A DNA stretch of 64,000 nucleotides from Phoronis australis (taxonomy: Eukaryota; Animalia; Phoronida), in contig NMRA01000683.1 of the NCBI GenBank assembly GCA_002633005.1, positions 144,057-208,056 of the forward strand, written 5' to 3'. The position numbers and the translations under genes were made by a program. Below are positions 40,001-52,849 of this stretch, one piece after another (the stretch's first letter is position 1; the number at the start of each line of letters is the position of its first letter). The notes beneath the pieces were generated by a model. The model made no database searches, was not told the DNA's origin, and saw only the letters and a program-made list of their open reading frames with translations.

Positions 40001-41434
40001 TTAGGCCAACAAATTGAAGATAAAAATAAGTAAATCTCGAAAACGGTGAGTCAGACCAAGAAACGGGTTTCACGATGCATAAAACGATCTATCACCAGCA
40101 TACAAAATTTCTGACAAAACCGCCAGCGTACGCCGAAGATGCGACGCTAAAACTCATTGGAGAGCAGTCATCAAAAATCTCGTATTACACGAGAACGGCA
40201 ACTCTTAGAGCAAAAGACATGGCACAAGACCGATAGCCTGTGAAATGATCCATCCATAGAAAAACAAAACATTATAAAAATCTCTTCAGAGACAGGGCAC
40301 TTTGGCTTCGCAAACCAATTCAGTGAAAAATGGCCACCACAACTCCATCTTGATTATATTTTAAACCAAAAGCAACAGGCTTCGAACCAACCACGAGACT
40401 GGTGTTGTGTGTGAATTTCGTGTTAATCGAGAGCAAAATGCTACATGTTGCGTTCGAACAGAAAATAAAAACAAAACGGCAATAAATACACAGCCTCGGG
40501 TGATATTTTTTCTATCTCTTTCCCCATAATACGTTTAATATCCCCCGAACCATTCAATAACCTATTCATCTCTCACTTTTCTGTTATATAAGTAATATTC
40601 GCCATCTGGTAGAAACCTTCAGCTCCTTCATGTTGATGCTTTTGGGGCTACTTGGATGACGCCATTGGTTATCAGGTCAACAATAATGGCAACAAAAATG
40701 GGAATGATTGTCGTGTGATCTTTTAAATGGTTGCTAAATTCAGTGAAGAAAGTTCCCAAGATTTGATGTTATTTAAAGCAGGAGACGGACAAAAGATACG
40801 GTCCTTTGATGAAGTTGGAAGACGAGCAGGGGTTAGTTCAGTGGAAGAAAAGTACAAAGACGTAAAGTAAAGCAAAGTACGATGTTAATGACCTTCGAAA
40901 TGTGGCTCTTGGCAATCCGACCACATGTTGAAAAAAATTGTGGTAGTTCTCTACGAAATTGATAAGATGGCCTTAAAAGTATCCCCCTTCCACGAGTGTC
41001 TACCAACTTAGGAATTGGTAGGAATTGGGAGATCCCGTGCAAACCTATTGTTAATACGAAACTCTTTGACTGTCACTAATGTAGGATTACAACCGAGCAG
41101 GCCCGTAGCCAGGGGTGGTTCGGGGGCTCGATCGACCCCCCACGCGGGAAAGGTGCAGCCCCGACCTATCCGTTAAAATGGGATATAGATGGACAACAAC
41201 AACAAAATTGTTGCAGTTACTGGTACTACTCATTACAATGATAACTAAGTCACTAATAGTTTTAAATTCAATTCGCGTAACTTTCGGGCCGTACCCGGTC
41301 AACTTCGTGCGAATGGTGCTTGATGGTAGGATCGTGCAGAGGAGGCTTTATGTTATTCATCGGCATTGAACGCGCGTGATGGTTACAGCATAGGGTAACA
41401 CGGGAGTCTAGAAGTAAATGTATACACCTAGATA

Positions 41435-41690
41435 CATGTGCGCATCCAGGGGGGGGGGGCTCAAAGGAACCCCCCTCATTTGGCCAAGTGGGCAAAAACG
41501 TCCGCCTCAGACAAACAAAAAGCTCGAGAAAACGAGACAAAAGTCCGCTAAAAAGCATGAACGCACAATTCAAAGCTCCGAACGTGGTGCCCGTTTTTTT
41601 TTAGTTTTAGTCCTCACGCTTTTTTGTTCGTTAAAGGTCCACATCGTCGGAAATTCGGGACCCCCATCTTACAGGCTGGGTGCGCACATG
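41435..41690. mobile_element. MITE with 6-bp TSD
   Basis: CATGTGCGCA...TGCGCACATG flanked by TAGATA at 41429-41434 and 41691-41696. Confidence 0.75.
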
Positions 41691-42224
41691 TAGATAGGAT
41701 ATATAGCAGCGAGAGAGCGCCCAAAAAGTAGTGCCGTGTGAATGTCTTAAAATCGACCAGGAAACAAAATAGTAGAAAGTAAGTTTATCTGCTATTTTTA
41801 TAGTGGCAGAGTACAGTAAATTGCAGACGACATTTTCAAATTTACACGTTGGTTGTGGATTGAAGGATGACATGCATACCGTGTACACGTGTGTGCGTTT
41901 CCATTCTTTTAAACTCAGTACACGCCGATGATAATTTAATTCACTACAGGCAGTCCTCCGTCCGTCGTCAAAAATCCAACATTTAACTACATGGGCGGCG
42001 CAGGGGCTATAGTCCCCACTTTTTTCAGTGCTGCACCCTCCATTACATACCTATTTTATTGTACTAAGAAAACCCCAACGAGCAACTTCATATTTTTGGG
42101 AAAAGTTGGTCTAGAACTAATAAAAAGTTTTGTCAATGAAGAAAGTCTTCTCTTGTCATTCAGTGCAGATGGCGCACAGCCTCGCAGGCGTCATATGAGC
42201 TTAAAACTTGATGGAAAAGATTTC

Positions 42225-43090
42225 CAAGGTTACATATCACTATTCTGAAGGTTGGTCACTCCGAAAGTCCACTACTCCGAAGTTACTGCGAAGGTTCGCT
42301 ACCTTCGAAAGTTCACTACTTCGAATGTCCACAATTCCGAAACCAGAACTCCGACAGTTCATTACTCTGATTGTCTGCTAACGAGTCAGAACTGACATGA
42401 GAAAAGTATTGGATTTGTGCCCATTTAGTAACTATTTAAAGGGTGTACAAAAGTTGAATAGTTCTTAGAACATTGATTACATTGTTTACAAATGAGCTCA
42501 GTTCCAATCACTGCCAATCGTGAATATTCAATCTAACTAACGACTCATTCAGCCTGAAGCAGAACAACATCGGGTCAGGACTTCAGCGACCAATAGCGGC
42601 GGTTTTAAATTTAAGAAGACTGAATGAGACTCTCCGACTTCGTGAAGACTGGCAGGGGCAGGGTAGCCTACTGACTACGTTTAGTTTTGACCCGGCCATG
42701 CGCATAGTTCCGATGGGTGAGTTTGAGGGGCAGCAGCCCCAAACTAGCTCAGTCACGCTGTGAAATGATGCGACCTTGCATGGATTTGAGGAATGTATCA
42801 TGGTTGATAAGTCATTAAGAGTCCTACTTCATAATTCATTTTTTAAAAATTGAAGAACGTATTCGAAAAACATGCGGACAATTTCGCATGCGCATAAAAT
42901 CCTGGTGTTGTTTGATCATAGGTACACCACCTAGATTGTCTAATAACCGAAGTGTCGTTTATTTTTGCAGGTAAAATGGGAAATCTGATACACCCAACTT
43001 CGAAATCTTAGATCTTTTCGGAGTAATGAACCTTTGGAATAGTGAACCTTCAAAGTCAGTGAACCTTTGGAATACTAGGCTGTTCGCATT
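42225..43090. mobile_element. Foldback-type element with inverted arrays of short subterminal repeats
   Basis: (aaggttcactactccg)-like units at ~42225-42370 and their reverse complement at ~43015-43080. Confidence 0.55.
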
Positions 43091-44076
43091 TCCAGCGATG
43101 TAAGCAAGTTAAGTAACTCACAAAATACAACCGGATCAAAATATTCCAAGTTGACCATGCATCGATTAAATATTTACGTCCGAGTATGTATTGAGGTGTA
43201 ATCACTCATTTAAGCACGCCCGGTTTTAAAGTTTGGCACGGGTTAACGCGGCAACATCCCCTTTCAGGAAAACATTACATCCGAATTGGGTCTGGTTCTT
43301 TTTGAGCAACCGTCAGGGCATCGTCATTCCTGGTATTACCAGGCCGTCTGATCTTGGGAACATAGAGTTGTGTATATAGATCCCCCCCACGCAATGCTGG
43401 CAATGGGCCTGACCGAGTGTTTAATAGATTTCGAATCAGTTACAGAATTAAGTCATCGAAGAGTTTTGAACAATCATGATCCTGTTCAAAGCTTTTCTCT
43501 CGGATTCCCGAACACTAAATATCGCACGCCTTGAGAAGTACATGTAAATACGACGTTTTTAAATACACTGTATGTCGTTTCTCATTACTTAGTTGCAAAC
43601 AATTAGAAATAAATTATGCAATTAGTGCCGCAATGTCCCGTATCACAATATAGCTTTACCTACAAGAGCATCAAAACCAACAGCGACCTGAGAAAACCAT
43701 AGTTGGCTAACCATTAGCCAACTGCCTGTGACTTGTTTAATGACTTATTTGGCAACAACTTAGGATGAGTGTGAAATTGTTTAAACCCCCAAATGCTTTG
43801 GTGTGGAATTCATTATCAACAATTTAACAGTACATAAGTGCGTCCTTATGCATAGGCAAACTTTTTGTTACGATTCATGGGCTTCCTAGTCCCTGTGGAA
43901 AGGGTAGGCAAGTCTCTTTACGTCGTGATCTTGATCACGCCACGCCAACAAACTCGGAATTTTCCACGCCTCATTTTTAAAGCTGACAATGAACAAGGCG
44001 TGTTTTCGCAATGAATTGTATTCTTTCCCACGACGTGGCAATTTTGCCGAGACTGTTTTCACAGCCGACGATTACC

Positions 44077-44083
44077 TATAAAA
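44077..44083 (+). promoter_or_regulatory. TATA box of the secreted peptide gene
   Basis: CCTATAAAAA about 70 bp upstream of the ATG (caacATG, A at -3). Confidence 0.7.
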
Positions 44084-44147
44084 ACCCTGTATAAGCAGTA
44101 GGTGCACACAGTTGACAACAACCCCTTGTTGTGAATACCTGAGCAAC

Positions 44148-47100
44148 ATGAAGCGTTTGGTAAGATTAGCTGGCTGCTTAAAGTCATTAGTGAAGATTTT
44201 GAGAGTGCAGTGCAACCGTTTTTGTAATGCCATCAACATTTTGTTTTTAAGAAAATATCTTAATTGGCGTAGGTGGTCATTTAGTAAAGGTTCCGTTTTT
44301 ATAGACAGTTTCTGCCTTCATGTTTGTGTTTTGTTATTGAGTGATTTGTAAGAAATTTTATTTATGCCTACTGGGAGTTATCAGTTTCACGTTAAAATGT
44401 GAAAATATACCGGAACACAGAGCTAATCACCCTGTAAACGTAGACAGTTTTAAAGAGATCGCTCGGTGTTTTAAACTAAGTTGATGTCTCTCTAATAGTT
44501 AGTGACATTCCAACTTCTTCGTCTGTGTTCTCGTGCAGATTAGACAGACAAAATAAAATTGTCTCTCTCTCTTTACCAAGACCTACCTAGTGATAAATTG
44601 AACACCACAGTAATGTTTTAATGAGTAGGCTAGTTTTTCCAATCTAAGTTGCCTCTCAAACCAAATGTTAAAGAGCAGAGCCCAAATTCATGAAAATTCA
44701 AGTTTGCCATCTGTTTCACCATCAGCTGTGATTTTCAACTAAGTCACAAAAACAAAATTACCTGCAATTAACGAGACTCAAGCCCAAACCACTTCCCAAC
44801 CTATTTTTCTTGTTAAGGGATGTAAACCTATCTGTACATTCATTTCCGTAATATCAGTCCCCTACATTTAGGTTCTAGCATGTGTGTTCCTCGCCGTGTG
44901 CGGGACACTGGTGTTTGCAGTGGATGACAACCTCGAGGAAGAAATCGAGTACACGGACGACAACTCCGTCGACGAAAAAGAGCTCACAGACGACAATTCG
45001 ATAGAGGAAAAAGAATTCACAGACGAAACCGACGGTGATGAAGCGGAACAGCAAGTGGACGAAAAGGAAGAAGAGCCTGATTTGGAGGTGGAATCTAAAG
45101 GCGTCCGCTGCCGCACGAGAAGGATCACTATTCGGAGGTTCAACTGTTACGTAATTCGCGGCCGACCTATCCGTGGTAGAATTTGCACTCGTCTTACCAA
45201 TGGGTAAGTACGTTCGTATTTCTTTCGTCATGCTCATGTTGCAGTTTTGTAAAATGATGGAAATCCAAGGACCTTCAAATCTTATAGCTTTTTCTGATGA
45301 TTTAAAAGCTAATGTTTACAACGCTAACATTTCACAGAAACTTTAGAACAAATCACTTTAGTTCAAAATGACGTATTCACGAAAAAGTTGAAGAATAACA
45401 ATATGGGACGGTGGTGTACCTCGAGGTACATAAGTTAATAAGTCCACGAATCAAAGATTGGATAGATTTGAAATAACCTCAAGCGTATACCTAAAAAAGG
45501 TCTAAAGCCACTGTTCGGGCCTGTAAGTCCCTCAAAATGAGGCGAGTCCTAGTAGAAATAATGGCGGTTAATTACCGGCGGACAACTGGGGCTGGGGGTA
45601 TATAGCCCTCCTTTTTTCAGTGCTGCATCGCCCAGCTATTAAGAAAGTATTTGGAGTTGCTTTGAGTAGAGTCCACTCTTCTGGCTTCTGTTGTTTTACT
45701 TTAAAGATTTTGCTTCAAATACTCGTGACCATCAGACAAATGGGAATTGTCAAAATTCTGTTTCGCAACGGCATAGTTTAGTCAAAATTTCTCGTCTTCA
45801 GAGGACACGAGCCTTTGGAGTCGTGTATTCACTCTGGGACCGAGATAGTCGTGAATACGTGACTTTGGGAAGAAGATTTCAATCCATTTTCGGTCATTTT
45901 AGAACCCGGAAATTTATTCAGAACCAAAACAATGGCTTCGTTGAGTTTCTTCATTAGTGAAAAACCCACTGAGTGTACTTTCTGGAACGTATGTATTTTT
46001 GTCATGTTCTGAGCTTTTCTTGGACCAGTTTGTGACTTAGACGAGAGCAGCCAGTAAAACTGTGGCCTTAGCACAAGAATTTTAAAAGTAAAGTAGAAGC
46101 GTTAGTAAACTGAGAAGTAACCCAACACCGGCTAATGAAGTTGGCACCTCATTTCAGTTCTCTCCTTGAATTGAGCAGTCTACTGAGATGTCCCTCCTTT
46201 TCTGATCTTCGTGTCGCATAGACTATTTCCAACGACGTCGACACTCGGATCCATCAGGCGACGCGCAATTGCAAGATTATTGCTTTAAAATGCCGAGTTT
46301 TCGCGTACCAAGTGATATACGAATAAGACCACTGTGAAAGTACCTGTACCGTTCTTGATGCACGTGAAAATTTGACTTAAAACATGGTCACGTGACAAAA
46401 ATAAAGACACAGGAGTAAGAAGCATATTTTTAGAATCCTCAATCTTTTTACTTTCAGCAAGTATATAATTTAATGGTTAAAAAAACGTTAGTTCATTTGA
46501 GCTCCAACTGTTTTGATTTCTGGTCTCTCCCTCACAATGCATTTCGACGTCTATCCGCGCAGTCTGTTCTCCACCTGTGTTACCCGACTGGAATATTGTG
46601 GATATTTGTCTTGCGAATGGTTTGGTGACAATAAACCGAAACGTCGATTGATATAATGCATTTTTACATATGCGCTGATTTTGCAGTTCGTTCCCAATTT
46701 TTGGCATAAAACAAATGTAAAAGATAACTGGTCGTTCACTTTTGTAATTTTATTAGCGGTTACCGGTATGTGGACACCGATAATGTAAACCACAATACTC
46801 CTGATGGTTGATACTCTAAATACGGTTTGCGTATCTTTTAACATACGGAAATTTCAGAGGAACGAAACGTCAGTGGGTCAAATGATAAAACAAATATTGA
46901 CCAATCCCTTAGGCGTATGAGATCACGTAGACCTCAGTAGGATAACTTTGCTCTATCTTGGCTCATGCCTGATATGACCTTCGATATAGGTTCGGTGACA
47001 TGATACCATGGTATCATGTCACCGTCACGGTCGAGATCGGTCCTTTTGTACATCATCATTTTTAGTACATTGGATTAAAGTGAACCTCAGGATTATACTG

Positions 47101-47687
47101 AACCAGTGACGTGAAAATGATATAGGAACACAAAATCCCATTGTACCAGAATACATTTTGCAAGAGTGTCTTCAAAGGCTAGAGAAAGGGCCATCTACTG
47201 ATCAGATCACTACTTTGCTGTTACGGTGTGACGGACAAGTATCGGTTGCAAAACAATGCATGAAATTACAAGTACATTTCTCAGCAAACAAATTGTGGTA
47301 GCAACACTTTTTCTACTAGACTTAACACGGTTGTGTGGTTTAAAAAACTTAATGATGCGATTTGTGAAGGAAAGCGATTATTTAGTTTACCGTAGACGCG
47401 GTTAATCTTTTCAGTCCAAGACGCGGCACAGTGCGTGACACGTATTACACATGTACTGTATGTCTAAATCGTTCGTCAACCAGGGTAACAAATACAACAT
47501 GACTATACCTCATTTTTTTCTTTTTTACAGCAAAAGCTGTGGAATCAACCCACTGTACCGATGCCGCACTCTGTTAAGGGGGTTCGCCACCAGACGTGTA
47601 CAATGCTTGAGAAAAGGTTGCAGATCCATTACTGCGAGAATCCCGATTCCGGTCGGCTGTGCGTGCCGAAGATTCTTCAAAGGCTAG
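44148..47687 (+). CDS. Secreted prepropeptide, 166 aa: signal peptide, acidic pro-piece, Arg-rich Spaetzle/neurotrophin-like cystine-knot domain. Exons 44148-44159, 44872-45203, 47531-47687
   Basis: GT-AG introns with matching phases (0 and 2); 12+332+157=501 nt. MKRLVLACVFLAVCGTLVFA|VDDNLEEE...EVESK|GVRCRTRRITIRRFNCYVIRGRPIRGRICTRLTNGKSCGINPLYRCRTLLRGFATRRVQCLRKGCRSITARIPIPVGCACRRFFKG*. TATA upstream; AATAAA at 47791-47796. The fold call rests on Cys spacing only. Confidence 0.9.
46993..47024. repeat. Perfect 32-bp palindrome in intron 2
   Basis: cggtgacatgataccatggtatcatgtcaccg is its own reverse complement. Confidence 0.95.
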
Positions 47688-49197
47688 GGAAGTTAGAATT
47701 ATGAGAATCACCATGGCTTGCTTCAGATCGTTGTCACTTCAATAAGTTTATTTTAGTTGCCAGTTGGATGTTCTGAGATTAAAGAGAAGCAATAAAATAT
47801 GATATCAAAAGAAAATAAAGTCACTTTTGATTTTTTAAGAATGCATGTGCTAAGTTACGTAAGTATCTTCATCAAGTAATGGAGACATTTGATTCGTCGA
47901 CAAACACGCTGAAAAATTGAAAACGCAAAGACAATTAGACAATACGAATGTTTCCATTTGTTTTGGTTTGTTTTTACATGAAGTCATTTATATTAAACGT
48001 ACCCGTGGTGGTCATATGACGAGATTTTTAGAGACGCCAAAATCATCAATATCACTGTCTGATACAGTAGGGACACATATGTTTTGTTTCGCTTCCATTG
48101 AACCAACCCTAGACACTTCGAAGTCGATTTCAAATCCCAAGTAAAATATTGCTTTTATCACAAAAACCCGACACCAAACAACGATAGAGGGATTCAAGAA
48201 ACGCAAACAGCAGACAATCGTTTTGCTAAAAAAAACATCGATTTTAGGTTTCAATTTTCCAGACACATCTTAGTTTTGAGTATAAATGTATTGCGCAATT
48301 ATGGCAACACGTTTTTCGCTTGATTTGAAATGGGTTTTGGCAGGGTTTTGATGGGGACGTTGTCGATGTAATTCACATATTTCTGAACACCCAGATTACA
48401 TATAGCATCCCGATCACTGTGACCATGCGCAGCAATGTATATCGGTAAATTTTGGCCCTTAGTTTTTAGAAGTGAGAATTTTTTTTCCATTAAAACACTG
48501 TACACGATCGTGAAATACAGTTCTTCCGACCTACTCTTCTGTATTACACTACATGTAAGTATTTCATGGCAACTCTCATGCCCTTATACAAACATTATGA
48601 AATAAATGTTATCACTGCATGACCTGCGGTCACGGTGCTTCACATAATGTGGCAGTAACTCGTATGCAGCTATACAACTATACTTCCATGAAAACACAAA
48701 CGTTAAACGTCAGAAAACAGCCAACAATCCTACGTTTTGATGTTCATTAGCCCTTATTTTACGATTTTAGAATAAACAATTGTTTGGAATAGAAACTGTG
48801 AGCTACTTCAGGATTCATCACACAATGTTGATTTTCAACAAACACTTATATTTTTGAATATGCATGTTAGACGATTTGAAAATCGTCAAAATTAATACTT
48901 ATGCTTGACACTTGGACTAAACAAAAGTCGTGGGTCGCTTGCTTGTTTCCGGAGATGGAACTGAGACCATAGGTGATAGCAGGCTATCCATTATGACTAA
49001 ACTAGTGGTACAACACAATGTAAGAGAATAGATAAATAATAATGAAATCATATTATCTTTGGAAAGATAGCTAATAAAAAGTTCAAAGCAGAGGAACGAG
49101 AAAACCATAAGATAAGGGGTGGAATGGGGCTAAATGTTTGAGAGAATTCGCACGTCATGTTACATGATCAACGAATTATGCAGTGGAACAAGTTGTA

Positions 49198-50442
49198 ACT
49201 AGAAAGATTATTGTCACGGCGTGAGAATAACGGACTCTGCGCGTGCGAATCACTGGAATTATTATGGGAAGTTAAGGACAGCAGCCCATTTATCAATATG
49301 AAAAGGAATTCTTGAAAATTGTAGGAGATATTACATATTAATTTTTTGATGACCTTTCCACCAATTGACCTCTTCCGGTGCATTATGAGACACGATGAAG
49401 GAGTAATTGTTAACTCGATTAAAAGTGTGGTTAATGCTAATAATCACAGATGTTTTACTTTAAGCACTTGAGAATACAAGATGAATGAAGTGGTCAAACT
49501 TTCAGAAGAAAAATGCACCTAATGACCCCATGGGTGCATCAAATGACCTGAAAATTTAGAATTCAAACTCAATCGCACTTAGTAAACAGATATGTAATTT
49601 TGAAGTCTCTAGGTCAAAATTTTAGTTTGCACTCAATGACCTTTGATCTATTTTTTCTGATTGGTTAAGCCTATTGCGAAGTAAAGTAGGGTATTCAATT
49701 GGCATGTTGACTTACAGCAGTGCGCTGAATTTGAAAAGAATTCCTTGAAAAACGTAAGAGATATAACAATTTAAACGTTACATGACCTTTCCACTAATTG
49801 ACCCTATCCGGTGCATTATAAGCGTCTTTAGGAGAATTACTGCAAAGCCCATCAAAAATGTGTTTAATGCTGAGAATCACAGCTGTCTAACGGTTGACGC
49901 ATCAAAATACTTCCTGATTGAAAGGGTCAAATTTTCAGAAAGAAAAATGCACCCAATGACCCCATGTTTGCACTAAATGACCTTAAACTTTGGATTCCGA
50001 TTTGATTTACCTGTGGCAATCAGACCTGTCAATTTGAAGTGTCTAGCTCAAAATTTTAGTTTGCACCTAATGACCTTCGACCTATTTCACCTGATTGGAT
50101 GACCCGATTACTTAGAAAAGTAATTTTTTAAATTGTCATGTTCACTTATACCTGTGCACCGAATTTGAAAAAGATAGCTTTAAAACTGAATTAAGAGTAG
50201 CATTTTGAAAATTATATGACCTTTGCACCAAACGACCTCTTCCGGTGCAATATGGAATATGATTACATAACTAATCAAAATTTATATACTGTCATATGCT
50301 AAATTTAAAGACCGTACCTGCACCCAATGTGGAGTTATTAAGTCTCAAAGTTGGTCGGAAGAAGAATAAGAATAAGAAGAAGAATACAATTGAAGAAAAC
50401 CAGGAACAACAATACTCTGCGTTTACACGCGCAGAGTAATAA
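49198..50442 (-). mobile_element. Helentron/HINE-like non-autonomous repeat, copy 1
   Basis: On the - strand: hairpin tactctgcg...cgcagagta, (TTATTC/TTC)n microsatellite, ~440-bp internal subrepeats and a CTAGT end. Absent from duplicate A. Confidence 0.55.
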
Positions 50443-50562
50443 TACCAAAAAACTCCTAAGTGCACGTGACAAACATCAACCTATGGGAGCCTAGAGAAGA
50501 CCAAATTCAAGACCCGTTGGCGGCAAGCCAATAGAGAGAACGGTAATAACTATAGCCTTCAA

Positions 50563-51840
50563 ACTAGAAAGATTATTGTCACGGCGTGACATTAACGGAC
50601 TCTGCGCGTGCGTATTACTAGAATTATTATGGGAAGTTACTGACAGCAACCCGTTTACCAATATGAAAAGGGATTCTTTAAAATTGTAGGAAAAATTACA
50701 TATTAATTTTTTGATGACCTTTCCACTAATGGACCTCTTCCGGTGCATTATGAGCGCCGATGAGGGAGTAATTGTTAACTCGATTAAAACTGTGGTTAAT
50801 GCTAATAATCACAGATGTTTTACTTTAAGCATTTCAGAATACAAGATGAATGAAATGGTCAAACTTTCAGAAGAAAAGTGCATTTAATGACCCCATGGGT
50901 GCACCAAATGACCTGAAAATTTAGAATTCAAACTCAATCGCATTTAGTAAACAGATACGTAATTCTGAAGTCTCTAGCTCAAAATTTTAGTTTGCACTCA
51001 ATGACCTTTGACCTATTTTTCTGATTGGTTAGGCTTATTGCGAAGTAAAGTAGGGCATTCAATTGGTATTTTGACTTACACCAGTATGCTGAAATTGAAA
51101 AGAATTCCTTGAAAAACGTAAGACATATAACATTTTGAACGTTACATGACCTTTGCACTAATTGACCTTATCCGTTGCATTTTAAGCATCTTTAGGAGAA
51201 TTATTGCAAAGCCCATGGAAAATGTGTTTGACGCTGAGAATCACAGTTGTCTAACGGTTGACACATCAGAATACTTGCTGATTAAAAAGGTCAAATATTC
51301 AGAAGAAAATGCACCTAATGACCCCATGTTAGCACTAAATGATCTGAAACTTTGGATTCCGATTTGGTTTACCTCTGGCAATCAGACCCGGCAATTTGAA
51401 GTGTCTAGCTCAAAATTTTAGTTTGCACCTAATGACCTTTGACCAATTTCACCTGATTGGATGACCCGATTACTTAGAAAAGTAATTTTTTAAATTTTCA
51501 TGTTGACTTGTACCTGTGCATCGTATTTGAAAGAGATAGCTTTGAAACTGAAGGAGTAGCATTTTGAAAATTATATGACCTTTGCACCAAACGACCTCTT
51601 CCGGTGCAATATGGAATATGATTATATAACCAATAAAAATTTATATACTGTCAAAAGTCATATGCTGAATTTAAAGACCGTACCTACACCAAGAATAAGA
51701 AGAATAAGAAGAATAAAATTGAAGAAAACCCAGGAACAACAGTACTCTGCGCTTACACGCGCAGAGTAATAACAAGAATAAGAATAAGAATAAGAATAAG
51801 AATAAAATTGAAGAAACAACAGTACTACGCGCAGAGTAAT
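50563..51840 (-). mobile_element. Helentron/HINE-like non-autonomous repeat, copy 2
   Basis: Highly similar to 49198-50442 with the same actagaaagattattgtcacggcgtga end; (AAGAAT)n at ~51775-51805. Confidence 0.55.
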
Positions 51841-52304
51841 AAGAAATTGGGGACCAGGCCAAAAGTAAAAAGTGATGTTGGGTAGGAAGAGTCCCAGTTA
51901 CTCACATGAATGTACTGAACAACTGAAACACCATTTATGTTCGACACTTGGACTGAACAAAAATAGTGCATCGCAGCTCGTTTCCAGAGATGAAAAGGAG
52001 ACCGCAGGTTGGCGTAAATGCAAGTACAGTGTAGGTCATTTATTATGGGCAGATTATCAGGCGTCAGGGGAAGACACGAGGACCCTGAGCGAACAAAATG
52101 GAAAATTGATGGGTTACGAACAGATTTGTTCGGAGTAATTTGACGGTAGTCACAGGAAATTACTGAATGCCCAAGGGGCGCTGCAAATTGAGGGGCTACA
52201 TGATCTGTCTCCAGCTCCCTTTGGCAGACTACTGTGTGAAGCTCAGATATGGCTATTTGACTAAATTGACAATGCATTCCACCCGGTAGCTACTGGCTGC
52301 AAGC

Positions 52305-52505
52305 CATTGTTCTAAAACCCCCTCAACCCCCACATCCCAGGACCCCTCGACTCACAAATCCCACGACCTACACCCCCTCGACCAACTTGAAAGACCTGTG
52401 GCAATAGATGTGACTGCGCTTTTTGCACATTTCATAATCATATTTCGTTACGTGGGTCGAGGGGATCGTGGGGTGTGGGTGTCTAGGGGTTTTTAGAACA
52501 ATCCC
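52305..52505. mobile_element. Internally deleted counterpart of the 9-bp-TSD element at 2571-3423
   Basis: ATTGTTCTAAAACCCC...GGGGTTTTTAGAACAAT with perfect GCTGCAAGC repeats at 52296-52304 and 52506-52514. Confidence 0.75.
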
Positions 52506-52849
52506 GCTGCAAGCTCCTCTCTCTGTGCATTCGTGACTGATGGTAGTCTCGACAGTCGTACTGCAAATCAGTAGACCTACCCTAATGCATCCTAAACGTT
52601 TCCTCCGGCATGAGCATCCTTATCAAGATTCTTCGTCTTAGAATTGCAAACAGGTAAAGCATGAGTTAGGATCAGTTAAGGGAGTTATCATTCCGCTGGC
52701 TGACTGAGACACTTTTAAATTATTACTTGTCTGTTGAAAATGCTCATTAATTAACATCCTTTTCACGGGGTACAGACTTAATGTTACACCAGTACCACTA
52801 TGCTTTAGTACTAATTTGCTTACAGTAGCACTGCCTGTTAACCATGTAA

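Noticed and set aside
44868-45237. Ser-rich and Phe-rich - strand ORFs
   Set aside because: Antisense shadows of the acidic pro-piece exon.
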